This document shows positions 18,766-28,226 of a DNA stretch of 64,000 bases, in pieces. The DNA is from Elusimicrobiota bacterium. Lineage in GTDB: Bacteria > Elusimicrobiota > Elusimicrobia > F11. The notes beneath the pieces were generated by a model, which saw only the letters and a program-made list of their open reading frames with translations, was not told where the DNA came from and did not search any database. Position numbers and translations under genes: made by a program. Where the stretch lies: NCBI GenBank assembly GCA_044221725.1, contig JBGAON010000003.1:448001-512000 (forward strand). Reading direction: 5' to 3'. Each line of letters begins with the position of its first letter. Positions within the stretch are counted from its first letter, which is position 1.

Positions 18766-19755
18766 TCATCGTCCTAATCCCATTAGCTTTTTGAGTTCTG
18801 CCATCCTCGGCCGAGCAATCGCGCTGGCTTTCTCCGCGCCTTCCGTGAGAATCCGCTGAAGCTGCGCTGGGTCCGACGTAAATTCCTGAATTCGCTTTTG
18901 CATCGGCGCCAAGCCCTCAACCACCACTTCGGCCAAATCTTTTTTGAAATCGCCGTAGCCTTTGCCGGCGTATTTGCTGACCACGTCTTCAACCGGAATG
19001 TTCGCGAGTGATGCGTAAATCGTCACGAGATTGGACACCGCCGGCCGTTTCTGTTCATCGAATTCAATCGTCGTTCCCGAATCTGTTACGGCCTTTTTGA
19101 TTTTTTTACGAATCGTGTCCGCTGAATCCGCCAGTGAAATGTAATTGTATTCGCTCGATGCGGACTTGCTCATCTTTGCGTTCGGATCATCCAATCCCAT
19201 CACGCGCGCGCCTTTTTTGCCAATGAACGCGTTTGGCACGACGACCCAGTTGGCCACATCTTTTTCGAGGCGTCGTGCAATGAGTCTCGCCAATTCCAAA
19301 TGTTGCCGTTGATCGTCGCCGACCGGCACCGAATGCGTGCCGTACAGCAAAATGTCGGCCGCCATGAGCACCGGATACGTGAAAAGTCCGGCCGATGTTC
19401 CTTCCCCGCGCACCGTGGACTTGTCTTTGAACTGCGTCATGCGCGTCAGTTCCCCATAGTACACAACGCAATTCAGCAGCCAGGCCAGTTCCGCGTGTTC
19501 GGGAACGTCCGATTGCACAAACAAAATTGATTTTTTCGGGTCCACTCCGGCGGCGAGCGTGGTGGCGGTGGTGAACAGGATGCGGTCGCGCAAATCCTTT
19601 GGATCTTGAGGGACCGTGATCGCGTGCAAATCGACGATGCAGTAAATGCATTCGTATTGATCTTGCATGAGGGCCCAATTTTGCAGCGCACCAATATAGT
19701 TTCCGATGTGCACGATGCCCGAAGGTTGAATGCCGGAGAAAACGCGTTTTTTCAT
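18766..19755 (-). CDS. trpS: Tryptophan--tRNA ligase
   Basis: SGIQPSG..HIGN, YPVLMAAD, VPVGDDQ and KMSKS motifs. Confidence 0.97.
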   Translation of the reverse strand: MKKRVFSGIQPSGIVHIGNYIGALQNWALMQDQYECIYCIVDLHAITVPQDPKDLRDRILFTTATTLAAGVDPKKSILFVQSDVPEHAELAWLLNCVVYYGELTRMTQFKDKSTVRGEGTSAGLFTYPVLMAADILLYGTHSVPVGDDQRQHLELARLIARRLEKDVANWVVVPNAFIGKKGARVMGLDDPNAKMSKSASSEYNYISLADSADTIRKKIKKAVTDSGTTIEFDEQKRPAVSNLVTIYASLANIPVEDVVSKYAGKGYGDFKKDLAEVVVEGLAPMQKRIQEFTSDPAQLQRILTEGAEKASAIARPRMAELKKLMGLGR

Positions 19756-19799
19756 GATAGGGAGAGCAACTTAAGAAATTTGTATAAATTACGCCAACG

Positions 19800-19830
19800 T
19801 GGCCCCGGCAAGCTTCTGGCCGGGATGACG
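19800..19830. repeat. REP-like palindromic element
   Basis: TGGCCCCGGCAAGCTTCTGGCCGGGATGACG. Confidence 0.65.
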
Positions 19831-19844
19831 TATCGGAGGTCAAA

Positions 19845-20207
19845 ATGCAAGTTTTCATTCGGGGACATGAGACAACAGTACTCGCTCGTTGGCGCGATCA
19901 TATTTATGATCGCCTCGCGAAACTTGATTCGTTTGAAGACCGAATCATTCGACTGGAATATTTTTTAACAACAAGCCATCACCACAACAAGGGTGCGGAA
20001 ATGTGCCACATCATTGCAAAAGTTCCGCGCAAGACGATTGACGTTAAAAAAACCGCGGAAACGATGATGGAGGCAATTGATGCGGCCTCCAAGGTGCTCG
20101 AAGAACAAATTCGCAAGCTCTACAAAGACATTCGGGATCGCCACCGCCGCACCCGCGAACGCCGCCAAGTGATGGCCGGGATTGAAACCTTCGCTACCGG
20201 CCGCTAG
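19845..20207 (+). CDS. hpf: Ribosome hibernation promoting factor (HPF/RaiA family)
   Basis: MQVFIRG start and AIDAASKVLEEQIRK helix; GGAGG SD. Confidence 0.8.
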   Translation: MQVFIRGHETTVLARWRDHIYDRLAKLDSFEDRIIRLEYFLTTSHHHNKGAEMCHIIAKVPRKTIDVKKTAETMMEAIDAASKVLEEQIRKLYKDIRDRHRRTRERRQVMAGIETFATGR

Positions 20208-20853
20208 CGAATCGTAAAAATTCGCTTCGGAAGAATTTGTTTTTGAACAAGCCGCCCGTCAGATGAAGCGGTGTCATCGGCGCGAGCTTGAGTCGCATCC
20301 GCACATCTTTCATTAGGTAGTTTAAGTGAAGGAACGCTTCTTGCACGATGCGGCGCTCAAACGATTTTGGTTTCCGCTCAGCGATTCGCAGCACTTTTTT
20401 CGCTAATCCCGCAATCTTCGCCACCGCATCCGGCCCAGTGACGTAAGCACGAATTTCTTTCAGATCGGCGCCCATTTCGTTGCGCATGCGAAGGTATTCG
20501 CGGCCGATCCAAAACGCGGAGCCGTCGTCTCCCACCAAAGGCCCCAAGCCTCCCGAGCGCGCCGATTGTCCTTTGTTGTTTCGGCCAAACGCAATTGAGC
20601 CCGTGCCCGCATTCAACACAATTCCCATACCCGTTCCGAACGATAGGTGGTGGGCAAGCTCGATATCCGATAAAACGACGACGCGCGGTGCAATCCCGCT
20701 CAGTTTTTTCTTCCATTTCGCTTTTTCGGCCGACGTCCACACGCCGCGCATTCCAACCACAAGCTCCGATACCTTTCCGCGGCCTTTCGACCAAATCCGG
20801 GTGTTGGTGCCACCGACGTCGGCATAAATAGTTGCTTTATGTTTACTCTCCAT
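20194..20853 (-). CDS. Short BadF/BadG/BcrA/BcrD-type sugar kinase (GlcNAc/MurNAc kinase-like)
   Basis: DVGGTNT, SD..LA, NAGTGS, RSGGLG..VGDDGSAFWIG and LTGGL motifs; only 219 aa. Confidence 0.78.
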   Translation of the reverse strand: MESKHKATIYADVGGTNTRIWSKGRGKVSELVVGMRGVWTSAEKAKWKKKLSGIAPRVVVLSDIELAHHLSFGTGMGIVLNAGTGSIAFGRNNKGQSARSGGLGPLVGDDGSAFWIGREYLRMRNEMGADLKEIRAYVTGPDAVAKIAGLAKKVLRIAERKPKSFERRIVQEAFLHLNYLMKDVRMRLKLAPMTPLHLTGGLFKNKFFRSEFLRFASGR

Positions 20854-22369
20854 AGATTTTATTGACCAAGGCTTCGATCTGGCACTTCCGCCAGCCGAAT
20901 GCGGTTAGGCCGACGTCTTTCGGTCGCAAGAATGTTCGGTCGTATGGGTCGCGAAGCAACGCAACCACGAGTTTCCGGGCCGTGCGTTGCAGCATCGCGA
21001 AGAGTTGCTGTTGGCGGGGGTGCAGATGGGCGTCGTAACAGAAGAACAACGTGACGGTCGATTTTCGGGCCAAGTTGGCGCAGTTCTCGATATCTTCGTC
21101 GGTTGGGTCGATCCCGTACACTTCGGTCACGTGTTTCTCGGGAAGGTGCCCCAAAATGCTATGAAAAAAACCAATTTCATCTTCAAATTCTTTCTCAATC
21201 ATTATTTTTTGCGAAAAGCTCGAGAGTTGCGGAAAAACAATTCCGACGTCTTCGCGCAGCGCGTCGGACAGCGGGAGCACGTGTTCTTTGTCTTGAATGA
21301 CCTCAACGGCCTCGGTCGCGACTTTCAGTGCGAGCGGCGCACCAACAGCAGTGGGCGCCGGTGTCCCCTCGAATCGCTGCGCGTGCTTGGCCTTTAGTTT
21401 GTTGATGCGGTCCACGCTTTCTTCCAGCTCATTAATAGGAAGGAGCTTTCCTTTGTAGGCCTCCAGAAGCCCCCGGAAAACCCGGGTTTGGCTGTCCAAA
21501 TCATGGCACGCGAGCACCAAATCGTGGCCGGCGGCAACCGTTTTGACGGCCGCGACATCGATTCCGATGGTTTCCTTGATCGCCCCCATCTCCAAGTCAT
21601 CGCTGGCGATTACGCCTTTAAACCCCAGTTCGTCGCGCAAACAGTCGGTCATGATCCGGCGAGAAAATGTTGCAAGGTTCGCTGGGTTCGGATCGAGCCG
21701 CGGATATTTCGGGTGAGACGACATAATCACCTCAACGCCCACCTCAATCGCTTTGATGAACGGTTGGAGATGCACTTGCTTCATTTCTTCCCACGTTGAA
21801 TTCAGTGTGGGAAGCTTTAAGTGCGCATCGATGCCCGCTTGTCCGCAGCCCGGGAAATGTTTTGCGGTGGCCGCCACGCCCCCCGCCTGCAGGGCTTTGA
21901 TATACGCCGCGCCCATCTCCGACACCAATTTCCAATCTTCGCCATACGAACGAATACCAATGTTTGGCGAATATTGGCCGCCCAACACATCGAGCACCGG
22001 CGCAAAGTTGATATCGGTACCGAGCGCGCGCAGTTCTTTGGCCGTTATCTTGGCGGCCTCGGTTACGTATTCAATTTTTCCAGCGCGACCGAACGCAAGA
22101 TTATCCGGAAAAATGCTGACGCCATCGCGGTACATGACGACACGGCCGCCTTCGTGGTCAACGCAAACCAGCAACTTTCGGCCAAGAGCGTTCTCTAAAT
22201 CGGAAATGAATTTGCGGATTTGGGTGGGCGATTCAAAATTGATGCGGTAAAAAATAATGCCACCGGCGTGCGTGGCTTTGAAATGTTGAACAATCTCCGG
22301 CGTTACTTTTGTGCCAGGAACACCGATGACCAGTTTCGAGCCAATAAGATTTTCTAACTGCTGTGGCAT
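20843..22369 (-). CDS. nagZ: GH3 beta-N-acetylhexosaminidase NagZ (two-domain)
   Basis: DHEGG, NFAPVLD, IGIRSYG, KHFPGCG..IDAH (Asp-His dyad) and SDDLEM nucleophile. Confidence 0.9.
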   Translation of the reverse strand: MPQQLENLIGSKLVIGVPGTKVTPEIVQHFKATHAGGIIFYRINFESPTQIRKFISDLENALGRKLLVCVDHEGGRVVMYRDGVSIFPDNLAFGRAGKIEYVTEAAKITAKELRALGTDINFAPVLDVLGGQYSPNIGIRSYGEDWKLVSEMGAAYIKALQAGGVAATAKHFPGCGQAGIDAHLKLPTLNSTWEEMKQVHLQPFIKAIEVGVEVIMSSHPKYPRLDPNPANLATFSRRIMTDCLRDELGFKGVIASDDLEMGAIKETIGIDVAAVKTVAAGHDLVLACHDLDSQTRVFRGLLEAYKGKLLPINELEESVDRINKLKAKHAQRFEGTPAPTAVGAPLALKVATEAVEVIQDKEHVLPLSDALREDVGIVFPQLSSFSQKIMIEKEFEDEIGFFHSILGHLPEKHVTEVYGIDPTDEDIENCANLARKSTVTLFFCYDAHLHPRQQQLFAMLQRTARKLVVALLRDPYDRTFLRPKDVGLTAFGWRKCQIEALVNKIYGE

Positions 22370-22463
22370 GGCGCCAAATTTATCAAATCATGCTCGCGCT
22401 GGCGCGGCGAGCGCGGCGCGAACGGCGAACCTGGGATTCGCTTTGTTGGGTGGACTTAAGCCG

Positions 22464-22493
22464 TTGCAAATCAGTTGTAAACATGGTTATCTT
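22464..22493 (+). promoter_or_regulatory. Sigma-70-like promoter for murQ, probably leaderless
   Basis: TTGCAA (22464) - 18 nt - TATCTT (22488), 6 nt before GTG 22500; no SD. Confidence 0.5.
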
Positions 22494-22499
22494 TCCGCC

Positions 22500-23396
22500 G
22501 TGACAGCGCGCACCAATTTCGCTCAATTACCGACCGAAGCCAACAACGCTCGTTCCCGCCATATTGATCGCGTCTCCATTCAGAAAGCGCTGCGGCTCAT
22601 CAACCAAGAAGACGCGTCGGTCGCTGGTGCCGTTCGCGAACAGATCCCCAACATTTCGAAAGCCGTGGTTGCGATTGTGTTTGCGCTTAAAGGAAAAGGT
22701 CGCGTTTATTTCGTCGGAGCAGGAACAAGCGGTCGCTTGGGTGTTCTGGAAGCCGCCGAATGTCCCCCCACTTTCAACACGACGCCATCGATGATTCAGG
22801 CCTTTATGGCCGGCGGAAAATCGTCGGTGTTCCGGTCGAAAGAAGGCGCCGAGGATCGCGGCGCCGACGGCGCGCGCATCGTGAAGTCGCGTGTGCGCGA
22901 GCACGATGTTGTGATTGGAGTGGCCGCGAGCGGTGTAACGCCGTTCGTTCGCGAAGCGCTCGTGGCCGCAAAGAAAAGGGGCGCGGTCACGGTGCTCGTC
23001 ACGTGCCATTCCGGAAAATTGGATTCACCGGCGCAGCACACGATTGCGGTCAAAACAGGTCCGGAAGTGATTGCCGGTTCGACGCGGCTCAAAGCGGGCA
23101 CGGCCACCAAAATGGTTTTGAACATGATGACGGTGGCGGCCATGGTTCAACTTGGAAAAGTTTTCGGAAATCGCATGGTGGATCTGCAACCGCGCTCGGC
23201 CAAACTCCGCGCGCGCGCGATTCGGCTCATCAAGGAACTCGCGGGCGTCTCCCCCGCGCGCGCGGCGCAATTGCTTAAACTTTCCGGTGGAAACGCTAAG
23301 ACGGCCATCGTGATGGCCAGAAAAAAAGTATCGAGAAAAGAAGCAATCGAAGTCCTCGAAAACAACGGCGGCCAACTGCATGCGGCATTGGAATAG
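22500..23396 (+). CDS. murQ: N-acetylmuramic acid 6-phosphate etherase
   Basis: TEANN, GAGTSGRLG..EAAECPPTF, EGAED and GPEVIAGSTRLKAGTATK motifs. Start re-set to GTG 22500. Confidence 0.95.
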   Translation: MTARTNFAQLPTEANNARSRHIDRVSIQKALRLINQEDASVAGAVREQIPNISKAVVAIVFALKGKGRVYFVGAGTSGRLGVLEAAECPPTFNTTPSMIQAFMAGGKSSVFRSKEGAEDRGADGARIVKSRVREHDVVIGVAASGVTPFVREALVAAKKRGAVTVLVTCHSGKLDSPAQHTIAVKTGPEVIAGSTRLKAGTATKMVLNMMTVAAMVQLGKVFGNRMVDLQPRSAKLRARAIRLIKELAGVSPARAAQLLKLSGGNAKTAIVMARKKVSRKEAIEVLENNGGQLHAALE

Positions 23397-23406
23397 CCGT
23401 GGCGAG

Positions 23407-23440
23407 AATGGACCCTGGATAAAAGCATTCCAGGGTGACG
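23407..23440. repeat. REP-like palindromic element
   Basis: AATGGACCCTGGATAAAAGCATTCCAGGGTGACG; close match to the reverse complement of 30511-30546. Confidence 0.7.
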
Positions 23441-23441
23441 A

Positions 23442-24554
23442 ATGACGGGCCAATTAGCGCTTGGTTTGATGTCCGGCACGTCCGCCGACGGAGTTTCCGC
23501 GGCGCTCGGTCGGTTTCACGGGCATTCGTTCGAATACATTGACGATCTCACCGTTGATTACTCCCTCGAAGTTTTAAAAAAGATTCGCCAGCGTGGAGCG
23601 TTGTCCGTCGCCGACGCGTCGTTGTTGAACCGCGAATTGGGCGAAGTTTTTGCGCATGCCGCATTAAAGCTTCTCAAAAAAAATCAGATCAAGCCGGCGA
23701 ACGTCGCGTGCATCGGTTCGCACGGTCAAACCATTTATCACGGGCCGAACGATGCACTGAAGAACACGCTGCAATTGGCAGATCCGGCGGTGATCGCCGA
23801 GCGCACTGGCATTCCCGTGGTTTCAAATTTCCGCCAGCGCGATGTTGCGGTGGGCGGCGAAGGCGCTCCGCTCATTCCGTTCTTCGACAATTTCTTCTAT
23901 GGATCCGGCCCCGTGCGCGCGTTGCTCAATATTGGAGGCATCGCGAACGTCACCGTTGTTGGTCGCGGTGTCGATGCGCCGATCGCGTTTGATACCGGGC
24001 CCGGCAACTGTTTGATGGACATGGCCGTGCAGCACATCACGGACGGAAAAGATCATTTTGATCATCACGGCCAACGGGCCAAACACGGAACGATTGATAT
24101 GGCGGCCGTGAGCAAGATGATTGAGCATCCGTATTTTAAAAAGTCACCTCCGAAGTCCACCGGTCCGGAAATATTCGACAACGAATTTCTGAAAAAACAT
24201 TTTGGCGAAAAAATGAGAACGGCGCCGAACGATGTGCTCGCGACGTTGAACTATTTCACCTGCCTCACAATTCAAGAAAGTTTTCGCAATCATATTTTCG
24301 GTAGGTTTTCCGTGAACGATATTGTTGTTTCGGGTGGCGGCGTTCACAACAAGACGCTGATGAAAAAACTTGAATGCTTGTTTGCCCCGATTCCAGTGGT
24401 TTCAATCGAATCAGTGGGCCTTCCCGCGCAAGCAAAAGAACCGCTCGCGTTCGCGTTCTTTGGGCTGCGTTGCCTGCATCATCAAATCAATCATTTCCCG
24501 TCGGCGACGGGCGCAAAGGAGGCGCGGGTTCTTGGCTCTCTCACAAGACCGTAG
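23442..24554 (+). CDS. anmK: Anhydro-N-acetylmuramic acid kinase
   Basis: GLMSGTSADG, GSHGQT, GGEGAPL, NIGGIAN, DTGPGN, PKSTG.E and KE motifs. Confidence 0.95.
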   Translation: MTGQLALGLMSGTSADGVSAALGRFHGHSFEYIDDLTVDYSLEVLKKIRQRGALSVADASLLNRELGEVFAHAALKLLKKNQIKPANVACIGSHGQTIYHGPNDALKNTLQLADPAVIAERTGIPVVSNFRQRDVAVGGEGAPLIPFFDNFFYGSGPVRALLNIGGIANVTVVGRGVDAPIAFDTGPGNCLMDMAVQHITDGKDHFDHHGQRAKHGTIDMAAVSKMIEHPYFKKSPPKSTGPEIFDNEFLKKHFGEKMRTAPNDVLATLNYFTCLTIQESFRNHIFGRFSVNDIVVSGGGVHNKTLMKKLECLFAPIPVVSIESVGLPAQAKEPLAFAFFGLRCLHHQINHFPSATGAKEARVLGSLTRP

Positions 24555-24572
24555 ATCCGTCGGACGAATCTG

Positions 24573-26069
24573 ATGAACTGGTTCAGCGGTCCATCGAATC
24601 TCACGGCTCTCGACTACGGAGTTGTCTCGATTTCAATCGCCGTGTTGTTCGCAATCGGCTTTTGGGTCGGGCGCGAAGAGAATTCCACTCAGTCGTTTTT
24701 TCTCGGTAACCGAAAAATTCCGATGTGGGCAGCGTGTTTGTCGTTCGTCGCTACAGAGGTCAGCGCGGTCACCATCATTTCGGTTCCCGCCACCGCGTAC
24801 AAGGAAAATTGGCAGTACCTTCAGTTTTTTATCGGTTCGTTCGGCGCGCGTGTCATGCTGGCATTCTTTTTCATCCCGGCGTTTTACCGGTTTAACTGCA
24901 CAACCATTTATGAATTCCTGAAGCATCGCTTCGGTCCCGAGTCGCAGTACGCGGGCACCGTTTTCTTTTTTGTGACACGATTGTTCGGATCCGGTGTGCG
25001 ATTGACTGTGGCCGCGAAAGCGGTCTCAGTTCTTGTCGGATGGAATTTAATTCCGACGCTCATATTGTTTTCGATAATCTCAATGCTCTACATCAGTTGG
25101 GGCGGCATCAAGGCGGTCATTTGGACCGGCGTTTGGCAGGCGATTTCGTTTTTGCTGGGCGGTCTTGCGACCATTTGGTTCTTGTCGACGGTCATCGACG
25201 GCGGATTCTTCGGCATATTTCACGCGGCGAACGCCGCCGGCAAACTCGACATCATGAATTGGGGACCGAAAATATCGGATCCAAATTTTTTCAAAACAAT
25301 TTTTGGGGATCCCAATATTTGGTGGCTGGCCACCTTGAACGGTTTTTTTGGATCCATGGCCGCGTACGGAACCGATCACGAACTTATGCAGCGCTTGCTG
25401 ACCCTTGAAACGCGCGAGCAAAGTCAGAAGACCACGCTGTTCACGCCGCTCGCCGGACTTCTCGTGTTGCTGGTTCATTTGATTATTGGTGCGGGCTTGT
25501 TCGTTTTTTATCAGCAGCACGCGCAGGCGCCGCTGCCGGCGAAGCCCGACGACATTTTTCCCCACTTCGCGAATTTCGAGATGCCGAGTTTTTTGCGCGG
25601 GCTCGTGCTCGGCTCGGTGGTCATGGCGAGCATCGATTCGCCGCTCGGCTCGCTAACGGCATCGTTTGTGACGGACATCTACAAGCCGCTCGTGCGCAAA
25701 GACGCGAGCGATCAGCACTATCTGTGGGTGGCGCGCGTGATGGTTCTCGTTTTTGGAGTGGCGCTCGGGCTTCTCGCGTATTCGTTTAGTTTCTTGCACG
25801 GGTTTCTGTGGTGGGCGTTTAAAATTGGCGGTATCACGTTTGGATCGTTGCTCGGCGTGTTTTTGCTCGGCCTTTTCACAAAGGTGGCGAGCAATCGCGC
25901 GAATATTGTGGCGATGGTGACAATGGCAATCGTAAACGCGACGCTGCTTGTGCTCACCGAAAAAGGTGTGGTCACGGTTGGATGGACATGGCTCGTGATC
26001 CTCGGCACGTTTGGAACGATGGGAATTGCGGCGCTGCTCGCACCAGTGATGGATAGATCCGGTGAATAA
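24573..26069 (+). CDS. Sodium:solute symporter (putative amino-sugar/muropeptide importer)
   Basis: FFLGNR..P.W, SFVATEVSA, GGIKAVIWT and GTDHELMQR motifs; about 13 TM helices. Confidence 0.88.
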   Translation: MNWFSGPSNLTALDYGVVSISIAVLFAIGFWVGREENSTQSFFLGNRKIPMWAACLSFVATEVSAVTIISVPATAYKENWQYLQFFIGSFGARVMLAFFFIPAFYRFNCTTIYEFLKHRFGPESQYAGTVFFFVTRLFGSGVRLTVAAKAVSVLVGWNLIPTLILFSIISMLYISWGGIKAVIWTGVWQAISFLLGGLATIWFLSTVIDGGFFGIFHAANAAGKLDIMNWGPKISDPNFFKTIFGDPNIWWLATLNGFFGSMAAYGTDHELMQRLLTLETREQSQKTTLFTPLAGLLVLLVHLIIGAGLFVFYQQHAQAPLPAKPDDIFPHFANFEMPSFLRGLVLGSVVMASIDSPLGSLTASFVTDIYKPLVRKDASDQHYLWVARVMVLVFGVALGLLAYSFSFLHGFLWWAFKIGGITFGSLLGVFLLGLFTKVASNRANIVAMVTMAIVNATLLVLTEKGVVTVGWTWLVILGTFGTMGIAALLAPVMDRSGE

Positions 26070-26074
26070 TCCAC

Positions 26075-26205
26075 GCCGTCGCCCCGGCAATTTTTTGGCC
26101 GTCCCGTTCCACAATGATAGGGGTGTCGGTACGCACCTTTGGTACGGGGCGCAGGTGTTATTGGAGAGAACCTGGATCCCGGCCAAACGACTTGCCGGGA
26201 TGACG
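26075..26205. repeat. Inverted pair of REP-like elements (REPIN-like)
   Basis: GCCGTCGCCCCGGCAATTTTTTGGCCG ... TGGATCCCGGCCAAACGACTTGCCGGGATGACG. Confidence 0.65.
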
Positions 26206-27378
26206 ATATTTATTCTTTTGATGTGTCGCACCGGTTTTTCGCAAGTTAGCTTGGGTATCGACGAGTTGGAGAAAAGCAATTTCAAAGAGCTCCAGGGCCG
26301 GCGTGTTGCGCTGATCACAAATCAGACGGGCATCGACCGGGATGGTGATTCCACTGTTGATCTGTTGTTGCACGCTCCGAAAGTCACACTCGTTTGCATT
26401 CTTACTCCGGAGCACGGATTTCGCGGTGTTGATGAACACGGCAAAGCCATTTCTGATTCGATAGACCCGGTTACGCATCTGCCGGTTTACAGTTTGTACG
26501 GCGATACGACACGGCCCACAGAGAAGATGCTGAAAGGAGTCAACACGGTCGTGTTTGATATCCAAGATGTCGGTACGCGGTTTTATACGTACGTCACCAC
26601 CATGGCCATGGCGATGGAAGAAGCCGCCAAACGAAAGTTGCGATTTGTTGTGTTGGATCGACCGAATCCTGTCCGCGGCGATATTGTCGACGGAGATATT
26701 TTGGACCGCGACATTAAGCGTATGACCGGTTACTATCCAATTCCGGTCCGCCATGGCTTAACGATTGGCGAGCTCGCAAAGTGGTTCAACGAAACGGAGA
26801 AGATCAAATCCGATCTCGTGGTGATTCCAATGAAGCAATGGCCGCGCGATCAATGGTTTGATCAAACGGGTCTGTTGTTTGTTAATCCCTCTCCCAACAT
26901 TCGTTCGACCACCGAAGCGGTTCTCTACTCCGGTATAGGATGTTTTGAGGCGAGCAACATCGCCGTTGGACGCGGCACGGACACGCCGTTCGAAATTTTT
27001 GGAGCACCGTGGATCAAAGGGAAAGCGCTGACGACAATGCTGCGTGAAAAGAATTTCCCTGGCGCGCTGTTTGAACCGGTCACCTTCACACCAGAAAAAG
27101 ATATTTACGCCGGCGAAAAATGCGAAGGGACGCGTATCATTGTAACGGATCGCGAACGGATTCGGCCGTACCGCATTTTTGTGGCCGCGTTTCTGTATCT
27201 GCATGAGATGTTCCCGAAAGATTTTAAACCGGACTGGGAGGAGGTACGCGTCGTCACGGGTTCGAACAAATTAAAAGACGTGGCCGAGAATCGATTGTCC
27301 GTGGACGAATATTTCCGTTCGATCGACGATGCGATACGATTGTTTCGCGAACAAATTTCTGCTTTTTATCTTTACTAA
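26200..27378 (+). CDS. namZ: Exo-beta-N-acetylmuramidase NamZ (DUF1343); start may lie up to 26062
   Basis: TNQTG, PEHG, SLYG, FDIQDVGTRFYTY, LDRPNP, RHGLTIGELA, PSPN and GRGT..PF motifs; N-terminal hydrophobic signal. Confidence 0.9.
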   Translation: MTIFILLMCRTGFSQVSLGIDELEKSNFKELQGRRVALITNQTGIDRDGDSTVDLLLHAPKVTLVCILTPEHGFRGVDEHGKAISDSIDPVTHLPVYSLYGDTTRPTEKMLKGVNTVVFDIQDVGTRFYTYVTTMAMAMEEAAKRKLRFVVLDRPNPVRGDIVDGDILDRDIKRMTGYYPIPVRHGLTIGELAKWFNETEKIKSDLVVIPMKQWPRDQWFDQTGLLFVNPSPNIRSTTEAVLYSGIGCFEASNIAVGRGTDTPFEIFGAPWIKGKALTTMLREKNFPGALFEPVTFTPEKDIYAGEKCEGTRIIVTDRERIRPYRIFVAAFLYLHEMFPKDFKPDWEEVRVVTGSNKLKDVAENRLSVDEYFRSIDDAIRLFREQISAFYLY

Positions 27379-27435
27379 TATCAACGCTGCGCCGACGATC
27401 AGAATCACAATCGGCGAAACCCAAGGAGGATTGTA

Positions 27436-28203
27436 ATGTTTCATTCACGTCGCAGAGCCGTTTCGTTTGCAGCCGCCATCGTTCTCACTTTTTCGTTGGC
27501 ACCAAACGCCGCTGAAACGCTCGTTATTTCCCCCACCACTTTCGATTTCGGCTGGAGCCCCGATAACGCAAAAATAAGTGCCGAATTCACAATTAAGAAC
27601 ACCGGCGTGGCGGCCATTCCCATCAATTCTGTTCAACCAACCTGTGGTTGCACGGTCCCCCAATTTACGCCGGGCACATTGGCCACAAACGAGGAAACGA
27701 AAGCGACATTAACGTTCAACACGCGCGGTTACGCTGGTTCCTCATTCCACAAAAGCGCGAAAGTGAAAACCGATTCTGAAAATTCCGAATACAGCGTGCT
27801 CATGACCGGTTATGTTCTTGATCCGAACGCGAAAGTTGTTCCCGATCAGAATGGCACCGCCGGTTTTGAGCCCGGTTCAAAAGAAAAAAAGAAGACGATC
27901 AAAATCCAAAACAAAAGCGATAAAGACGTTACTCTTTCAGTGGTCCAATCCCCAGCGTCGTGGGCGACCGCCAAATTGCAGGCGGCGAGTGTGAAAGCCG
28001 GAGCGTCTATCAATCTCGAGATTTCCGCCGAAGGTCCGTACGATCAAACAAAAGAAACGTCCGTCACTTATGAAGTCGCGGGCTTGGATCAACCGGCGCG
28101 TTTCACCGTGGCGATTCGAACCGGTACGCCGCCCACACCGGTTCGGGCGGTGGTGCCACCAGCGCCCGCCGCTTCTCCGAAAGCCTCTCCCGTCAAGAAA
28201 TAA
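27436..28203 (+). CDS. Secreted DUF1573-like tandem Ig-fold protein
   Basis: Signal peptide; FDFG...F.IKNTG...I..V.PTCGCT motif; Pro/Ala tail; AAGGAGG SD. Confidence 0.8.
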   Translation: MFHSRRRAVSFAAAIVLTFSLAPNAAETLVISPTTFDFGWSPDNAKISAEFTIKNTGVAAIPINSVQPTCGCTVPQFTPGTLATNEETKATLTFNTRGYAGSSFHKSAKVKTDSENSEYSVLMTGYVLDPNAKVVPDQNGTAGFEPGSKEKKKTIKIQNKSDKDVTLSVVQSPASWATAKLQAASVKAGASINLEISAEGPYDQTKETSVTYEVAGLDQPARFTVAIRTGTPPTPVRAVVPPAPAASPKASPVKK

Positions 28204-28226
28204 AGGCGGCGCCCGGCCGATCGAGT

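Noticed and set aside
21820..21870. NagZ motif variant KHFPGCG as an inactive enzyme
   Set aside because: The catalytic D-x-H dyad and the Asp nucleophile (SDDLEM) are retained.
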